NCBI GenBank assembly: GCA_046318675.1
Contig: JBKCUA010000033.1
Coordinates: 2,858 to 66,857 of the forward strand
Source of the DNA: Holosporales bacterium
Lineage (GTDB): Bacteria; Pseudomonadota; Alphaproteobacteria; JAJTHO01
Length of the DNA: 64,000 bases
Direction: 5' to 3'
Below, piece after piece: positions 39,459 to 49,112 of this stretch. The position numbers and the translations under genes were made by a program. The stretch's first letter is position 1. Every line of letters begins with the position of its first letter. The notes beneath the pieces were generated by a model. The model saw only the letters and a program-made list of their open reading frames with translations. It searched no databases and had not been told where the DNA came from.

Positions 39459-41141
39459 TCATTTTATTCCCAATCGCCAGCGCCAAATTACCTGTTGTAC
39501 TTTTTCCATTGTCCAATCATCTTTTCCCCAGCGTTCAGAAAATGGTAACTCATGAGAGCGGGGGCGTTGGTGTATAGGCAGGTTGGAAAAATGTACTCGC
39601 ATAGGCAACGTCACGCCTTCTCCGCAGATAATTGCTTCTTGGCGGTGAAGACTGGATAAAGCACTGAGTAATCCAATTGCAGATTCTGGGATTGCCTTAC
39701 GGATAAAAGCTTGGTCTATCTCGTTGCTCATGCGCATGGCTATTAAAGTATTGACTTGACTTAAAATTGTAGGATGAAGTAGAGCTGGTCGCTGGGTAAT
39801 AATTCCCAAGGATAAGCCGTATTTTCGTCCTTCTTGAGCAATTTGAGCCAAAAGATTCCTGGCGGGGATGAACGCCGGATCACTGTGCTCACCCATGTAT
39901 CGGTGAGCTTCTTCGCAGACTAAGAGTAGTGGGGCTGAGGTCAATCCTACGCTCCATACTGCAAAATCGAAAATTACTCGGCACAGTAGAGAAACGACTA
40001 CCCCGGATACCTCTGCTGGTACACCAGACATATCAACAATAGTCATGGGGCGTCCTTGGACGGGCAAGCGTAGCAGGCGAGCACAAATATCATCCATAGT
40101 GTCATTTACCACTAGGCCAGGAAACAAAAAGCCGAATCTAGGATCGTTTTTGAATCTGTTAATGCGTTCTAAAAGTCTTAGGTATGGTGCGGTGCCATCG
40201 GTTTTTTCTAGACTCCCCATTTGGTCATTAATGCGCCAGAGTAGATCACTAATAGCGTAGGGCAGGGGACTATCCACGGTGATAGTTTCGGTGGGAAGGG
40301 TTTCATTGTTATAACGGATGCGGGCAAATAGAATGGCATCGGATAGTATGCTGTATTCCCTATCATATGTTGGAGAGTTTGCATCAATAAAAAGTGCTTT
40401 GGCTTCTGTGCTATTGAGTAGCCAGTAGGGTAGGGAAAAATTTTCTGGACTAAGGGGTTCGGCTAAATCTTCGAACGCGCTACTGTATTCATTGTGGGGA
40501 TCGAAGATAATAATTCGACCTTGGGGGGAGGCGTTAAGAATTTGGCGCAGTAACAAAGCAACAGTACTAGATTTTCCAGTGCCAGTAGTTCCCAGAATAG
40601 CAAAATGGGTGGCCAGCATCCGGTCAACAAGAATATAAGCGGGAATGGAGGTGTCTTGCTGGAGGGTGCCAACGCGAATACTGGGCTCTGCTGGGCGGGC
40701 GTATACATGGCTAAGGTCTTCATTGTCGGCCAGTGCAACGGGTGCCCAAAGAGCCGGGTAGGCGGATAACCCTCGTTGAAAAAATGTTTTTTTTTCGCCG
40801 GATAAAGTAGTTTTGAGAATTTCACCAATAAGCGTTACGGCGGCAATGCGTGCATCCGTAAGGGAAGGTTCGGAAATATGGCTGCGAAGACTTAGGCTTG
40901 TTATGATCCCAAAGGCAATGCTGTGGTCAGTTGTAGGAACCTTAACTAGAGAACCCAGTTGGATATGGGAGAGTTCAGCGGGGGGCGGTGCTGGCTCGGT
41001 GCTTGTGATAATTTTGCGACCCGACGCGTTGATGTTTACAGTAACAGCGGCAGCCTCAGCTCTATGCTGAGGGCGGATGAGAGCAAGAATACCAGAACCC
41101 TCAACAGCAATGACATTTCCAAAAGCAGTGGATTTAAGCAT
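39459..41141 (-). CDS. HerA/FtsK-like P-loop ATPase (DUF87 / COG0433 family)
   Basis: 560 aa; Walker A GTTGTGKSSTVALLL followed by IIFDPHNEY, Walker B LLLVCEEAHRYMG, GIITQRP...LSQVNTLIAMRMSNEID typical of DUF87. Confidence 0.65.
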   Translation of the reverse strand: MLKSTAFGNVIAVEGSGILALIRPQHRAEAAAVTVNINASGRKIITSTEPAPPPAELSHIQLGSLVKVPTTDHSIAFGIITSLSLRSHISEPSLTDARIAAVTLIGEILKTTLSGEKKTFFQRGLSAYPALWAPVALADNEDLSHVYARPAEPSIRVGTLQQDTSIPAYILVDRMLATHFAILGTTGTGKSSTVALLLRQILNASPQGRIIIFDPHNEYSSAFEDLAEPLSPENFSLPYWLLNSTEAKALFIDANSPTYDREYSILSDAILFARIRYNNETLPTETITVDSPLPYAISDLLWRINDQMGSLEKTDGTAPYLRLLERINRFKNDPRFGFLFPGLVVNDTMDDICARLLRLPVQGRPMTIVDMSGVPAEVSGVVVSLLCRVIFDFAVWSVGLTSAPLLLVCEEAHRYMGEHSDPAFIPARNLLAQIAQEGRKYGLSLGIITQRPALLHPTILSQVNTLIAMRMSNEIDQAFIRKAIPESAIGLLSALSSLHRQEAIICGEGVTLPMRVHFSNLPIHQRPRSHELPFSERWGKDDWTMEKVQQVIWRWRLGIK

Positions 41142-41167
41142 GGAGCTTTTGTTGTGCCATAAACTGA

Positions 41168-41452
41168 TTAAACACCGGTATCTAAAGTGAGGGCGTGGAT
41201 TTCTTTTGCCATTTCTGATTTTAAAAGAGCATAAATGGCTTTATGTTGTTGAATTTTTGACAAACCTTCAAATTTAGGAGTGCGCAAAATAACCTTGAAG
41301 TGGCTTCCTCCATCGGGGCGCGCCCCCGCATGGCCAGCGTGTTTTCCTGAATCATCAATAACTTTAAGGATGGTTGGGGAGAATGCGGTGCGCAGCTTGT
41401 TTTCGAGATCAGAAACAGTTATCATGGGGCACGTTATACTACGGTTACGCAT
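41168..41452 (-). CDS. BolA family protein
   Basis: BolA motifs (DDSGKHAGHAG...HFKVILRTPKFEG...HKAIYALL); probable start at M10 (41425). Confidence 0.7.
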   Translation of the reverse strand: MRNRSITCPMITVSDLENKLRTAFSPTILKVIDDSGKHAGHAGARPDGGSHFKVILRTPKFEGLSKIQQHKAIYALLKSEMAKEIHALTLDTGV

Positions 41453-41474
41453 CTGTTTTCAAGGAATAGTGTAT

Positions 41475-42032
41475 ATGCGGTTAACGCGCCGACGGCGTCG
41501 TTTTGAGGCGGTTTTGAATGTGGCTTTTTATAATAAAAAAAAGCTCAAGGAGAGAGATTGCGATCACCCGGGCTGTAGTGAGGCTGGGGAACATCGTGCG
41601 CCGCGAAGTCGTAGTAGTCTTCATGAATATTATTGGTTTTGCCTGCATCATGTACAAGAATATAATCAAAAGTGGGATTACTATGCGGGGATGTCTTCGG
41701 CCAAGATTGAGGAGGATATGCGGCGTTCCGCAACGTGGGAGCGTCCATCTTGGCCGTTTGGTCGGGCATTTGATGGAACAACAGGATATCCATCAGGGTA
41801 CCGTCCGCCGCCCCCTTTGGTGAGGGAAGTGCAGCAAGCTTTGGCTGTGCTTGATTTAGAGGGACGCTGTACGTTTGCTGTTATTAAGCAACGTTATCGT
41901 ACATTGGTGAAACAACATCATCCCGATTGGGGGGCACCTGATGATACTGCGCTTAAGAAAATCACTGAAGCGTATGCAGTACTTAAGAAGTATCAGGCAT
42001 TGTTTGAGGCAGCGGCACCGGGTGTTAGTTAA
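41475..42032 (+). CDS. J-domain protein with N-terminal Cys/His zinc-finger-like region
   Basis: C-terminal J domain with HPD motif (KQHHPDWG); CDHPGC...FCLHH cluster; ORF extends to 41280 but that would overlap bolA. Confidence 0.55.
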   Translation: MRLTRRRRRFEAVLNVAFYNKKKLKERDCDHPGCSEAGEHRAPRSRSSLHEYYWFCLHHVQEYNQKWDYYAGMSSAKIEEDMRRSATWERPSWPFGRAFDGTTGYPSGYRPPPPLVREVQQALAVLDLEGRCTFAVIKQRYRTLVKQHHPDWGAPDDTALKKITEAYAVLKKYQALFEAAAPGVS

Positions 42033-42068
42033 AAATATACTTGCAAGTGTCCCCCATAAATGAGTATT

Positions 42069-42371
42069 TCACTCAGTCTCAAACAATGTATGGAGGTGTG
42101 CGAGTTCGATCATTTTTCTGACCTGGCCTTGAGCACCGAATATGATAATCTTCTTTTGGGCGGACATTGCGGTATCTTTCGCCATAATAAGCATCCCCAG
42201 TGCTGCGGAATCAATGGTGCTAAGTCCTTCAAGGTTAAGTCTTATATAATTTATATTGGACTGTTTTATGGTTTCGAGAACAGTGCGGAACTGTTTATTG
42301 TCATTGAAATTAAAATCACCTTCTAAAAAAACTTCAAAGGTTGAGTGTTGAATGTGTTGACGGATAGGCAT
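42069..42371 (-). CDS. STAS-domain protein (anti-sigma-factor-antagonist fold), last gene of che operon
   Basis: LNLEGLSTIDSAALGML resembles SpoIIAA motif; start taken at MPIRQH (42371), 10 nt after soluble-MCP stop. Confidence 0.5.
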   Translation of the reverse strand: MPIRQHIQHSTFEVFLEGDFNFNDNKQFRTVLETIKQSNINYIRLNLEGLSTIDSAALGMLIMAKDTAMSAQKKIIIFGAQGQVRKMIELAHLHTLFETE

Positions 42372-42381
42372 GGCTTTTTCC

Positions 42382-43476
42382 TTAAAAAAGTTCAATATCA
42401 TCATCGGGATTAATAGAGGTATTTTTCTTGTCATCAATAGTGAGGTGTAGGTTTTCCGGATTGATGCCATGGTGTTCGGCATAATCACGAATCGCGATCA
42501 TAAATTGTTGGCGCATTGTGCCAAGTTTAATACCGGAAATAATAGAATGCGTGGCATCGTTCAGGGCTTGCGTGTCAAGAGATGGGGTGGGGTTCGCATC
42601 AATTTTTTGCTCTGCTTGTTTCAGTAATTTTAGGCATTGTTCCAAAATAGTGCAGGCGTTATCCGCCACTTGGGTATTGCGATCTTGAAATTGCAAATCT
42701 ACAATCATAGCATGAATCGATTCGGCAATTTTTTGTGATGTGGTAATAGATACCTGCATTGCCTCAGCATTATCTTGATTTTGTTTTACTATGCCTTGCA
42801 TTAGGCGTTCCAAGCTATCTTTGGCGAGCATATTACTATTCATATCGGTGCTGGCAATCTCTTGGAGGACACTGAAACCCTCGGTGACGCTGTTGGTGAC
42901 AGCTCTAGCTCGGCCGCTCATTTCATTAGAAAGTTGTGCAATTTGTTTTGAAATGGTTTTGACTTCGGCGGCCACAACGGCAAAACCTTTTCCTGCCTGC
43001 CCGGCGCGGACGGCTTCAATCGTGGCATTAAGGGCGAGAATATTTGTTTTGTGTGTAATTGCTTGAATTGTTTTTGAAAACTTTTCAATTTCCTTAAGGT
43101 GTTCAATGGCATCGCTGAGATTGTATATAATAGAAATGGAACGTTGTGAAACCATGAGCAGTTTTTCAACGGAATCATTGACAGCCTGTAGAAATTCATC
43201 AATAAATTGCCTGAAGGGAATAAGCGTCCCGTTAACATTGACTGTACTGCTGCCTTCAAGAATCAATTTTAAATGTGAGGATTGCTGTAAAGCTGCTTGT
43301 GCTAGGGTTTTGAAGCGATCGGTAAGGTCTACTGCGGCGTGCTCTACTTTTGTTGCGTTGTCGGGTAAGGTCGTAGCAAGAATTTTGAGTGCAGCACCGT
43401 TAGCGGTGAGGAGTGATAAAACTTCTGGAGCATAAAGGTTATTGGTCATGGTTGTTTTCCGATGCTTTTGTCTCAA
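42382..43476 (-). CDS. soluble methyl-accepting chemotaxis protein (no TM segments)
   Basis: 364 aa; MCP signalling domain ([31 protein letters not shown]), no hydrophobic helices. Confidence 0.75.
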   Translation of the reverse strand: MRQKHRKTTMTNNLYAPEVLSLLTANGAALKILATTLPDNATKVEHAAVDLTDRFKTLAQAALQQSSHLKLILEGSSTVNVNGTLIPFRQFIDEFLQAVNDSVEKLLMVSQRSISIIYNLSDAIEHLKEIEKFSKTIQAITHKTNILALNATIEAVRAGQAGKGFAVVAAEVKTISKQIAQLSNEMSGRARAVTNSVTEGFSVLQEIASTDMNSNMLAKDSLERLMQGIVKQNQDNAEAMQVSITTSQKIAESIHAMIVDLQFQDRNTQVADNACTILEQCLKLLKQAEQKIDANPTPSLDTQALNDATHSIISGIKLGTMRQQFMIAIRDYAEHHGINPENLHLTIDDKKNTSINPDDDIELF

Positions 43477-44506
43477 AGTGCTTTAGGATAGTCGTGGCAA
43501 TACTAGATAAAGGTACTTCAAGAGATGTGGCTTGGATTTTTGCTGCTGCTTGGGGCATACCGTAAACGACACAGCTCGCTGCATTCTGGCCGATAGTGTA
43601 AGCACCTTTATTGCGCATTTCCAGCAAACCCTCGGCACCATCGCGTCCCATGCCGGTCATGATGACGCCCACGGCTTTTGTTCCAGCGGCACTGGCTACT
43701 GAGCGAAATAAAACGTCAACGGATGGTTTATGACCGGAAACTTTTTCGCCATCGTCTATTTTGCAAACAAAATCTTGGCCTATTTTTTTAATTTGTAAGT
43801 GCCGTTCCCCTGGTGCCAAGTAAACACACCCTGTATTAAGGCGATCGTGGTGTGCAGCTTCTTTAACGGTTACTGTACAAAGACTATTCAACCGAGCTGC
43901 AAAGGAAGTGGTAAATTGCGCTGGCATATGCTGCACTATAACCACTGGCGGTGTATTTTTTGGCAGAGTTATAAGAACATCCCGCAATGCTTCAACTCCG
44001 CCCGTGGATGCGCCAATGGCAATAAGGCTATCTTGTGCATCAGGTGATGGATTAAAAGACAGCACGTTTTTTTCGGTGGTGTGGGTTTTTTGGCGATTGA
44101 TATTGGCGGTAGCAGCGGCTTTGATTTTGGTGATTAATTCTGTTCGAAGAGCGGCTAATGTTTCGTATGTTTGATTGTGGATGGGTTTGGCAATGGTATC
44201 AACCGCTCCAAGTTCTAGGGCGCGAATGGTCATTTCTGCACCTTTTTGAGTCAGTGATGATGCCATGACCACGGACATGGGTCGCAGGCTCATAATTTTT
44301 TCTAAAAACGATAGTCCATCCATTTTAGGCATTTCGATATCCAGTGTCAGAACATCTGGGTTGAGCTGTTTAATTTTTTCCCGTGCATCAATAGGGTCAA
44401 TGGCCGTGCCAACGACATCAATGTTTTCATCGGTATTCAGAATTTCGGTAAATATTTGCCGGATGAGAGCTGAATCATCGACGATAAGAACACGAATTTT
44501 TTTCAT
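43439..44506 (-). CDS. cheB: chemotaxis response regulator protein-glutamate methylesterase CheB
   Basis: REC domain ([16 protein letters not shown]...[14 protein letters not shown]) + methylesterase domain (GASTGG, S-H-D triad context); start at 44506. Confidence 0.85.
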   Translation of the reverse strand: MKKIRVLIVDDSALIRQIFTEILNTDENIDVVGTAIDPIDAREKIKQLNPDVLTLDIEMPKMDGLSFLEKIMSLRPMSVVMASSLTQKGAEMTIRALELGAVDTIAKPIHNQTYETLAALRTELITKIKAAATANINRQKTHTTEKNVLSFNPSPDAQDSLIAIGASTGGVEALRDVLITLPKNTPPVVIVQHMPAQFTTSFAARLNSLCTVTVKEAAHHDRLNTGCVYLAPGERHLQIKKIGQDFVCKIDDGEKVSGHKPSVDVLFRSVASAAGTKAVGVIMTGMGRDGAEGLLEMRNKGAYTIGQNAASCVVYGMPQAAAKIQATSLEVPLSSIATTILKHFETKASENNHDQ

Positions 44507-44513
44507 GACCACC

Positions 44514-45095
44514 TCAAAACAGATCAATATTGCCAACAACGGGCTTGTGAAGAAGCGTGCGGCGATAGCGTTCCTCGTCCTGTAATTCTTTAGCCACCTC
44601 AACATCATTGGCAGAAGGCAGGCGGCGGAGCATCACTTTGCCCGTATGGGGGTAGTAGTGCACTTTGCGTGGTGTATCTCCTTCCATATCTTCGCAGGCA
44701 ATAGTGTAGCCTTCCTTCTTCAAAAATTGACGAATGAAAGCTGCGTTTTTGGAACCGATGCGGGTACTGTTACGCAGGACATTGCCGCCACCAAAAACTT
44801 TAACCTCAAGCCTATCTTTCCGACCACCAGCGTTCAAAATGCTATTGATAAGGGTTTCCATGGCAAAGACCCCGTAGCGGGTTGATTCGCTTATTTTATT
44901 ATCGCTTCCTTCTTCACCAGGGAGGAGAAAATGGTTCATCCCACCGACGCCGCAAAATGGGTCGCGTATGCACGCAGCAATACAAGACCCAAGAATAGTT
45001 ACCAGCATCTCTCCTGGTTGGGTACAGACATGCCATTCGCCACTGATAATTTTAATGACCTTTGAGTCCGTCACGGGGGGGCTGGTTTGGGTCAT
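44514..45095 (-). CDS. cheD: chemoreceptor glutamine deamidase CheD
   Basis: 193 aa; ILGSCIAACIRD, GGMNHFLLP motifs of CheD. Confidence 0.8.
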   Translation of the reverse strand: MTQTSPPVTDSKVIKIISGEWHVCTQPGEMLVTILGSCIAACIRDPFCGVGGMNHFLLPGEEGSDNKISESTRYGVFAMETLINSILNAGGRKDRLEVKVFGGGNVLRNSTRIGSKNAAFIRQFLKKEGYTIACEDMEGDTPRKVHYYPHTGKVMLRRLPSANDVEVAKELQDEERYRRTLLHKPVVGNIDLF

Positions 45096-45104
45096 TGTTG
45101 TGCT

Positions 45105-45929
45105 CTAGACCTTTTGATAAATGGTCCGCCCCATAAGGCGGAATTGAGAATTAGTTGGGGCAATGCTTTCAGAGTGACCGATGTATAACCAACCGCCGGG
45201 AGATAAAAGTTCGGCAATGCGGTTGAATAATTTTATCTGAGTGGGTTTGTCAAAGTAGATAACAACATTACGACAGAACACAGCATCAAATTTGCCATGC
45301 ATGGGCCATTCACCAAGAAGATTGAGATGTTTAAAGCGAATTAATCCCTGCAATGATTGACCCATTTGCAGGGTGTTGTGTTGTTCTTCTAGTAACGAGT
45401 GATAGGGAAAAGGAATATTATTTTTTTCTGCTAGCGGGTAGCGTCCAATTCGCCCTGTTTCCAATATATTGGTGTCAATATCGGTGGCAAGAATTTTTGC
45501 ATCCCATTGCTCGATCGTTGGCAGGTATTTGCGCACCACCATGGCCATAGAATATGCTTCCATTCCGGCCGAACAAGCCGCAGACCAAAGGCGCAGGTGT
45601 TTTGTTTTTTCTTTAGCAACGGCAGGGATAACAACATCACGAAGATGTTCAAAATGGTGTTGTTCCCTAAAAAAACTTGTTAGGTTGGTGGTGATGGCGT
45701 TAATGAGATTTCCTATCTCGGTATTTTCATTATCATTTTGTAAAAAATCGCAATATTCAGCAAATGATTGCATTTTGAGTGCCCGTACTCGACGGGCTAA
45801 GCGAGAATAGACCATATCTTTTTTGTGCTCTGCCAGCACAATACCCGTTAGATTGCTGACGAGTGTAGCCAGTGTTCTAAAGTCGCTTGCATCAAAAGCA
45901 AATTCTCGTTGTCGTTCGGTTTGGGACAC
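45105..45929 (-). CDS. cheR: chemotaxis protein methyltransferase CheR
   Basis: 274 aa; TSFFRE motif, SAM-binding RLWSAACSAGMEAYS, FDAVFCRNVVIYFD. Confidence 0.88.
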   Translation of the reverse strand: MSQTERQREFAFDASDFRTLATLVSNLTGIVLAEHKKDMVYSRLARRVRALKMQSFAEYCDFLQNDNENTEIGNLINAITTNLTSFFREQHHFEHLRDVVIPAVAKEKTKHLRLWSAACSAGMEAYSMAMVVRKYLPTIEQWDAKILATDIDTNILETGRIGRYPLAEKNNIPFPYHSLLEEQHNTLQMGQSLQGLIRFKHLNLLGEWPMHGKFDAVFCRNVVIYFDKPTQIKLFNRIAELLSPGGWLYIGHSESIAPTNSQFRLMGRTIYQKV

Positions 45930-45937
45930 GATACCCT

Positions 45938-46432
45938 CTACGCAACATCTTCTAGTTTATCCACCTGAGCCAAGGCGGGATCCTTGTGCAATAGGCGGCC
46001 AACGTCCATCAAAACGACCATTCGATTTTCTAGGGAAATAAGACCCGTAACGTAATCTTCAGTGCTTTGTTCGTCCCCTGTGGGGGCTGGTTTAATTTGA
46101 TCATAATTTACGTCTAGAATGTCCGAGACGGCATCCACTAATAAGCCGATATTGCGTGTTCCTACGGAAAGAATAATGACTACATGTTTGGGTGTGGCAT
46201 TGGTCAATTCACCACCCAGCCTAGTTTTAACATCGAAAATGGGAATAATAAGACCGCGCAGGTTGATAACGCCGCGTATGTATATGGGGGTGTTAGGAAG
46301 CCGTGTGGCTTCGGTCCATCCTTTGATTTCTCTAACCGCCATAATATCCACACCGTATTCTTCATTGGCGACGGTGAAGGTTAGGATTTGTTGTGGCGTT
46401 ACAGTATTTTTTGTTTCAAGGTTTTCTGTCAT
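45938..46432 (-). CDS. cheW: chemotaxis coupling protein CheW
   Basis: 164 aa; CheW-like domain (ILTFTVANEEYGVDIMAVREI..., IRGVINLRGLIIPIFDVK). Confidence 0.88.
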   Translation of the reverse strand: MTENLETKNTVTPQQILTFTVANEEYGVDIMAVREIKGWTEATRLPNTPIYIRGVINLRGLIIPIFDVKTRLGGELTNATPKHVVIILSVGTRNIGLLVDAVSDILDVNYDQIKPAPTGDEQSTEDYVTGLISLENRMVVLMDVGRLLHKDPALAQVDKLEDVA

Positions 46433-46443
46433 GTGCGGTTCCT

Positions 46444-48456
46444 TTATGCGGCTTGGGTTTGCGGCATTGCTAGACGCTGGGGGCGACCTAGACGGCGCAG
46501 GCTGTTAATATCAAGAATTAGAGAGACCCGGCCATCGCCAAGGATTGTGGCTCCGGAAATACCGGGGATTGGGTCGGCATTGGCCTCTAGGCTTTTGATG
46601 ACTACTTGTTGTTGGCCAAGCAGTTCATCAACAACGAGACCAATAGTTTCGCCACCAGCATCTACCAAAACCACTAAGTTTTTTTGTGAGTCAAGACAGA
46701 TGTTGGAAATATTGAAGATTTGGTGGAGGTAGAGAACTGGGATAAAGGCACCACGTACGTTAATAACATCGCTGTACCCATCAAGATGACGCACATCTTC
46801 AGAGCGTGGGCGCAGGCTTTCGATGATACTGGTAATAGGAATGATGTAATGTTCCATCCCAACACGTACGATCATGCCGTCTAAGATTGCTAAGGTAAGG
46901 GGCAGGGATACCGTAAAGGTTGATCCGGTACCGGGACGGTTGGTGACTTGGACTGTACCGCCAAGACCTTCAATATTACGACGTACCACATCCATGCCAA
47001 CACCGCGCCCTGAGACGTTGGATACTTGTTCGGCAGTGGAGAAACCTGGAAGGAAAATAAGCTGATCGCATTCGCTGTCGCTTAAAATTGTATCCGTGGC
47101 GATAAGCCCCTTATCTTTTGCTTTGCGCAAGACTTTTTCCCGGTTAATGCCTCCACCGTCATCGTTGACCTCAATAACAATTCGACCACCTCGATGAAAA
47201 GCAGCTAGGCTGATTGTTCCTTGAGCCGGTTTACCGGAGGCCAAGCGATCAGTTGGGCGTTCAATACCATGATCAACAGCATTGCGGATCATATGGTTTA
47301 AAGGATCGGCGAGCTGTTCGATGATAGTTTTATCAACCTCGGTATTTTCACCGCTGGTGATTAGGCGAATATCTTTCCCCAATTGTGTTGAGAGATCACG
47401 GACGATGCGTGGAATCCTGGCAAAAATAGATTTTACTGGCTGCATCCGAACGGCCATGACGGCTTCTTGGATTTCTCTTGTGTGTTGGCTGAGTTCTTCA
47501 ATGCCGCGCATGAGATCGGTGAACTGCTCATTGGGTAATAATCTCGCTTGGGCACGAAGCATGGCTTCAGTGATGACTAACTCCCCAACCATATTTATCA
47601 GGCGATCAATTTTTTCTAAATCAACACGGATAGAGGTAACCCCAGATGCGGTCGGGGTGGTTTTGTCTGATGCAGGCGAGGTAGTGGATGATTGCACAGC
47701 AACAATAGTAGGTTGTTCTGAATTTTGAACGGTCAATGTTAACGTACATTGGTCGTCAACAAATTCAAACACTTCACGGATTTTTGCTTCTGTGGCCTCG
47801 GTATGCAGCTGTATAGACCAACCAAGATAGCACTTGGTTGAATCCAAATTATCCAGAAGCGGTAAGCGGTGGGTAATGGCGTTTATTTGTGTGTCGCCTA
47901 GTGTTTTTAGCTCGCGCAGAATAAGGAGGGGTTCGTTGCCACTGAAAAACAGGGTTTCATGTGGTATGAAATCAATATTGTATAATCGTTGCTGCGAGAG
48001 TCTTTCCGGCGTTTCATCAAAAATGCCGTAGGCTGTTTCCGTGCTGGCAGACGTCCCGTTTTTGTTGCCCAGAAGTTTTTCGAGCTTGGTAAGTAGCATG
48101 CCGCCAAGCCCGGGTGGAGGGGTTTCATTGTGTTCTGCAGCCTGTACCATTTTGCTTACGACATCAACGGATTCTAAAAGTGCATCCACCACCTCAGCGG
48201 TGGCTGGGATAGTGCCGCTGCGCATCGCATCGAGCAGGGCTTCCAGTGCATGGGTAAAATGGGTGATATAGTCTAAACCAAAAGCACCAGACCCGCCTTT
48301 AATAGAATGTGCGCAACGGAAAATGGCATTGAGTTGTTCGGTATCGGCCTGATGCGCATCAAGGCCGAGCAGCCTTGTTTCCATTTCTCCTAAAAGCTCA
48401 TAGCATTCGGTGATATAGGTTGCACGGAACTGGTCGAGTGTACTCATAGCGGGCAC
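46444..48456 (-). CDS. cheA: chemotaxis histidine kinase CheA
   Basis: 670 aa; Hpt (CAHSIKGGSGAFGL), dimerisation, HATPase_c (G1/G2 boxes) and C-terminal CheW-like domain. Confidence 0.9.
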   Translation of the reverse strand: MPAMSTLDQFRATYITECYELLGEMETRLLGLDAHQADTEQLNAIFRCAHSIKGGSGAFGLDYITHFTHALEALLDAMRSGTIPATAEVVDALLESVDVVSKMVQAAEHNETPPPGLGGMLLTKLEKLLGNKNGTSASTETAYGIFDETPERLSQQRLYNIDFIPHETLFFSGNEPLLILRELKTLGDTQINAITHRLPLLDNLDSTKCYLGWSIQLHTEATEAKIREVFEFVDDQCTLTLTVQNSEQPTIVAVQSSTTSPASDKTTPTASGVTSIRVDLEKIDRLINMVGELVITEAMLRAQARLLPNEQFTDLMRGIEELSQHTREIQEAVMAVRMQPVKSIFARIPRIVRDLSTQLGKDIRLITSGENTEVDKTIIEQLADPLNHMIRNAVDHGIERPTDRLASGKPAQGTISLAAFHRGGRIVIEVNDDGGGINREKVLRKAKDKGLIATDTILSDSECDQLIFLPGFSTAEQVSNVSGRGVGMDVVRRNIEGLGGTVQVTNRPGTGSTFTVSLPLTLAILDGMIVRVGMEHYIIPITSIIESLRPRSEDVRHLDGYSDVINVRGAFIPVLYLHQIFNISNICLDSQKNLVVLVDAGGETIGLVVDELLGQQQVVIKSLEANADPIPGISGATILGDGRVSLILDINSLRRLGRPQRLAMPQTQAA

Positions 48457-48812
48457 ACTTTTTTAACAACTTCGACTAACTTTTCTGGGTCAAAAGGTTT
48501 AACGATCCATCCGGTGGCTCCGGCGGCTTTACCTTCTTCTTTTTTGCTCGTATCTCCCTCGGTGGTTAGCATGAGGATAGGGGTAAAGCGATAGGTAGGT
48601 TGTTCTCGCAATGCTTTGATGAGTTCAAACCCATTCATGTTGGGCATATTGAGATCGGCGATAATGGCATCAATTTTTTTACCGTCAAGAACGCTTAGGG
48701 CAACTTTACCGTCCTCAGCTTCGAGGATATCATAGCCCGCAGCTTTCAGGGTAAAGCTTACCATCTCTCGCATGGTTTTTGAATCATCAACGGTCAGGAT
48801 TTGTTTGGCCAT
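48444..48812 (-). CDS. cheY: chemotaxis response regulator CheY
   Basis: 122 aa; canonical REC with DD, D (ADLNMPNMNG), T, K residues. Confidence 0.9.
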   Translation of the reverse strand: MAKQILTVDDSKTMREMVSFTLKAAGYDILEAEDGKVALSVLDGKKIDAIIADLNMPNMNGFELIKALREQPTYRFTPILMLTTEGDTSKKEEGKAAGATGWIVKPFDPEKLVEVVKKVCPL

Positions 48813-48824
48813 GGGAGAGGCTCC

Positions 48825-49112
48825 TTAAGGGTTTGTAAGTAAGGACTGTAGGCCTAAATCTTTGAAAATAGACTGTACAGGCGGGGTGGTGCCGATGATG
48901 TGAAGACGGCTGTTTTTTGCCTGTAGGCTTTTTTGTAAAGAAAGAAGAACCTGTATCCCTGGGGTGGTAATATTTTCTAGCGTTTCGGCATTGAGGCTTA
49001 CTGTTGCGTTTTCATGGATTGTTAAGTCCCGAAGAAGCACTTCACAGAAACTGTTTGCTGTTTCAATGGTGAGTTGTGTGGGAAGAGTAAGCATCTTTAG
49101 AACTCCTGCCAA
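48825..49112 (-). CDS. STAS-domain protein in CheS/CheX position of alphaproteobacterial che operon
   Basis: about 90 aa between MCP and cheY; anti-sigma-antagonist-like pattern ([22 protein letters not shown]); alt start 49094. Confidence 0.5.
   Translation of the reverse strand: MAGVLKMLTLPTQLTIETANSFCEVLLRDLTIHENATVSLNAETLENITTPGIQVLLSLQKSLQAKNSRLHIIGTTPPVQSIFKDLGLQSLLTNP

Noticed and set aside
41280-41474. The N-terminal 65-codon extension of the J-domain ORF.
   Set aside because: It would overlap the bolA coding region on the opposite strand. The internal ATG at 41475 gives a protein of typical size.
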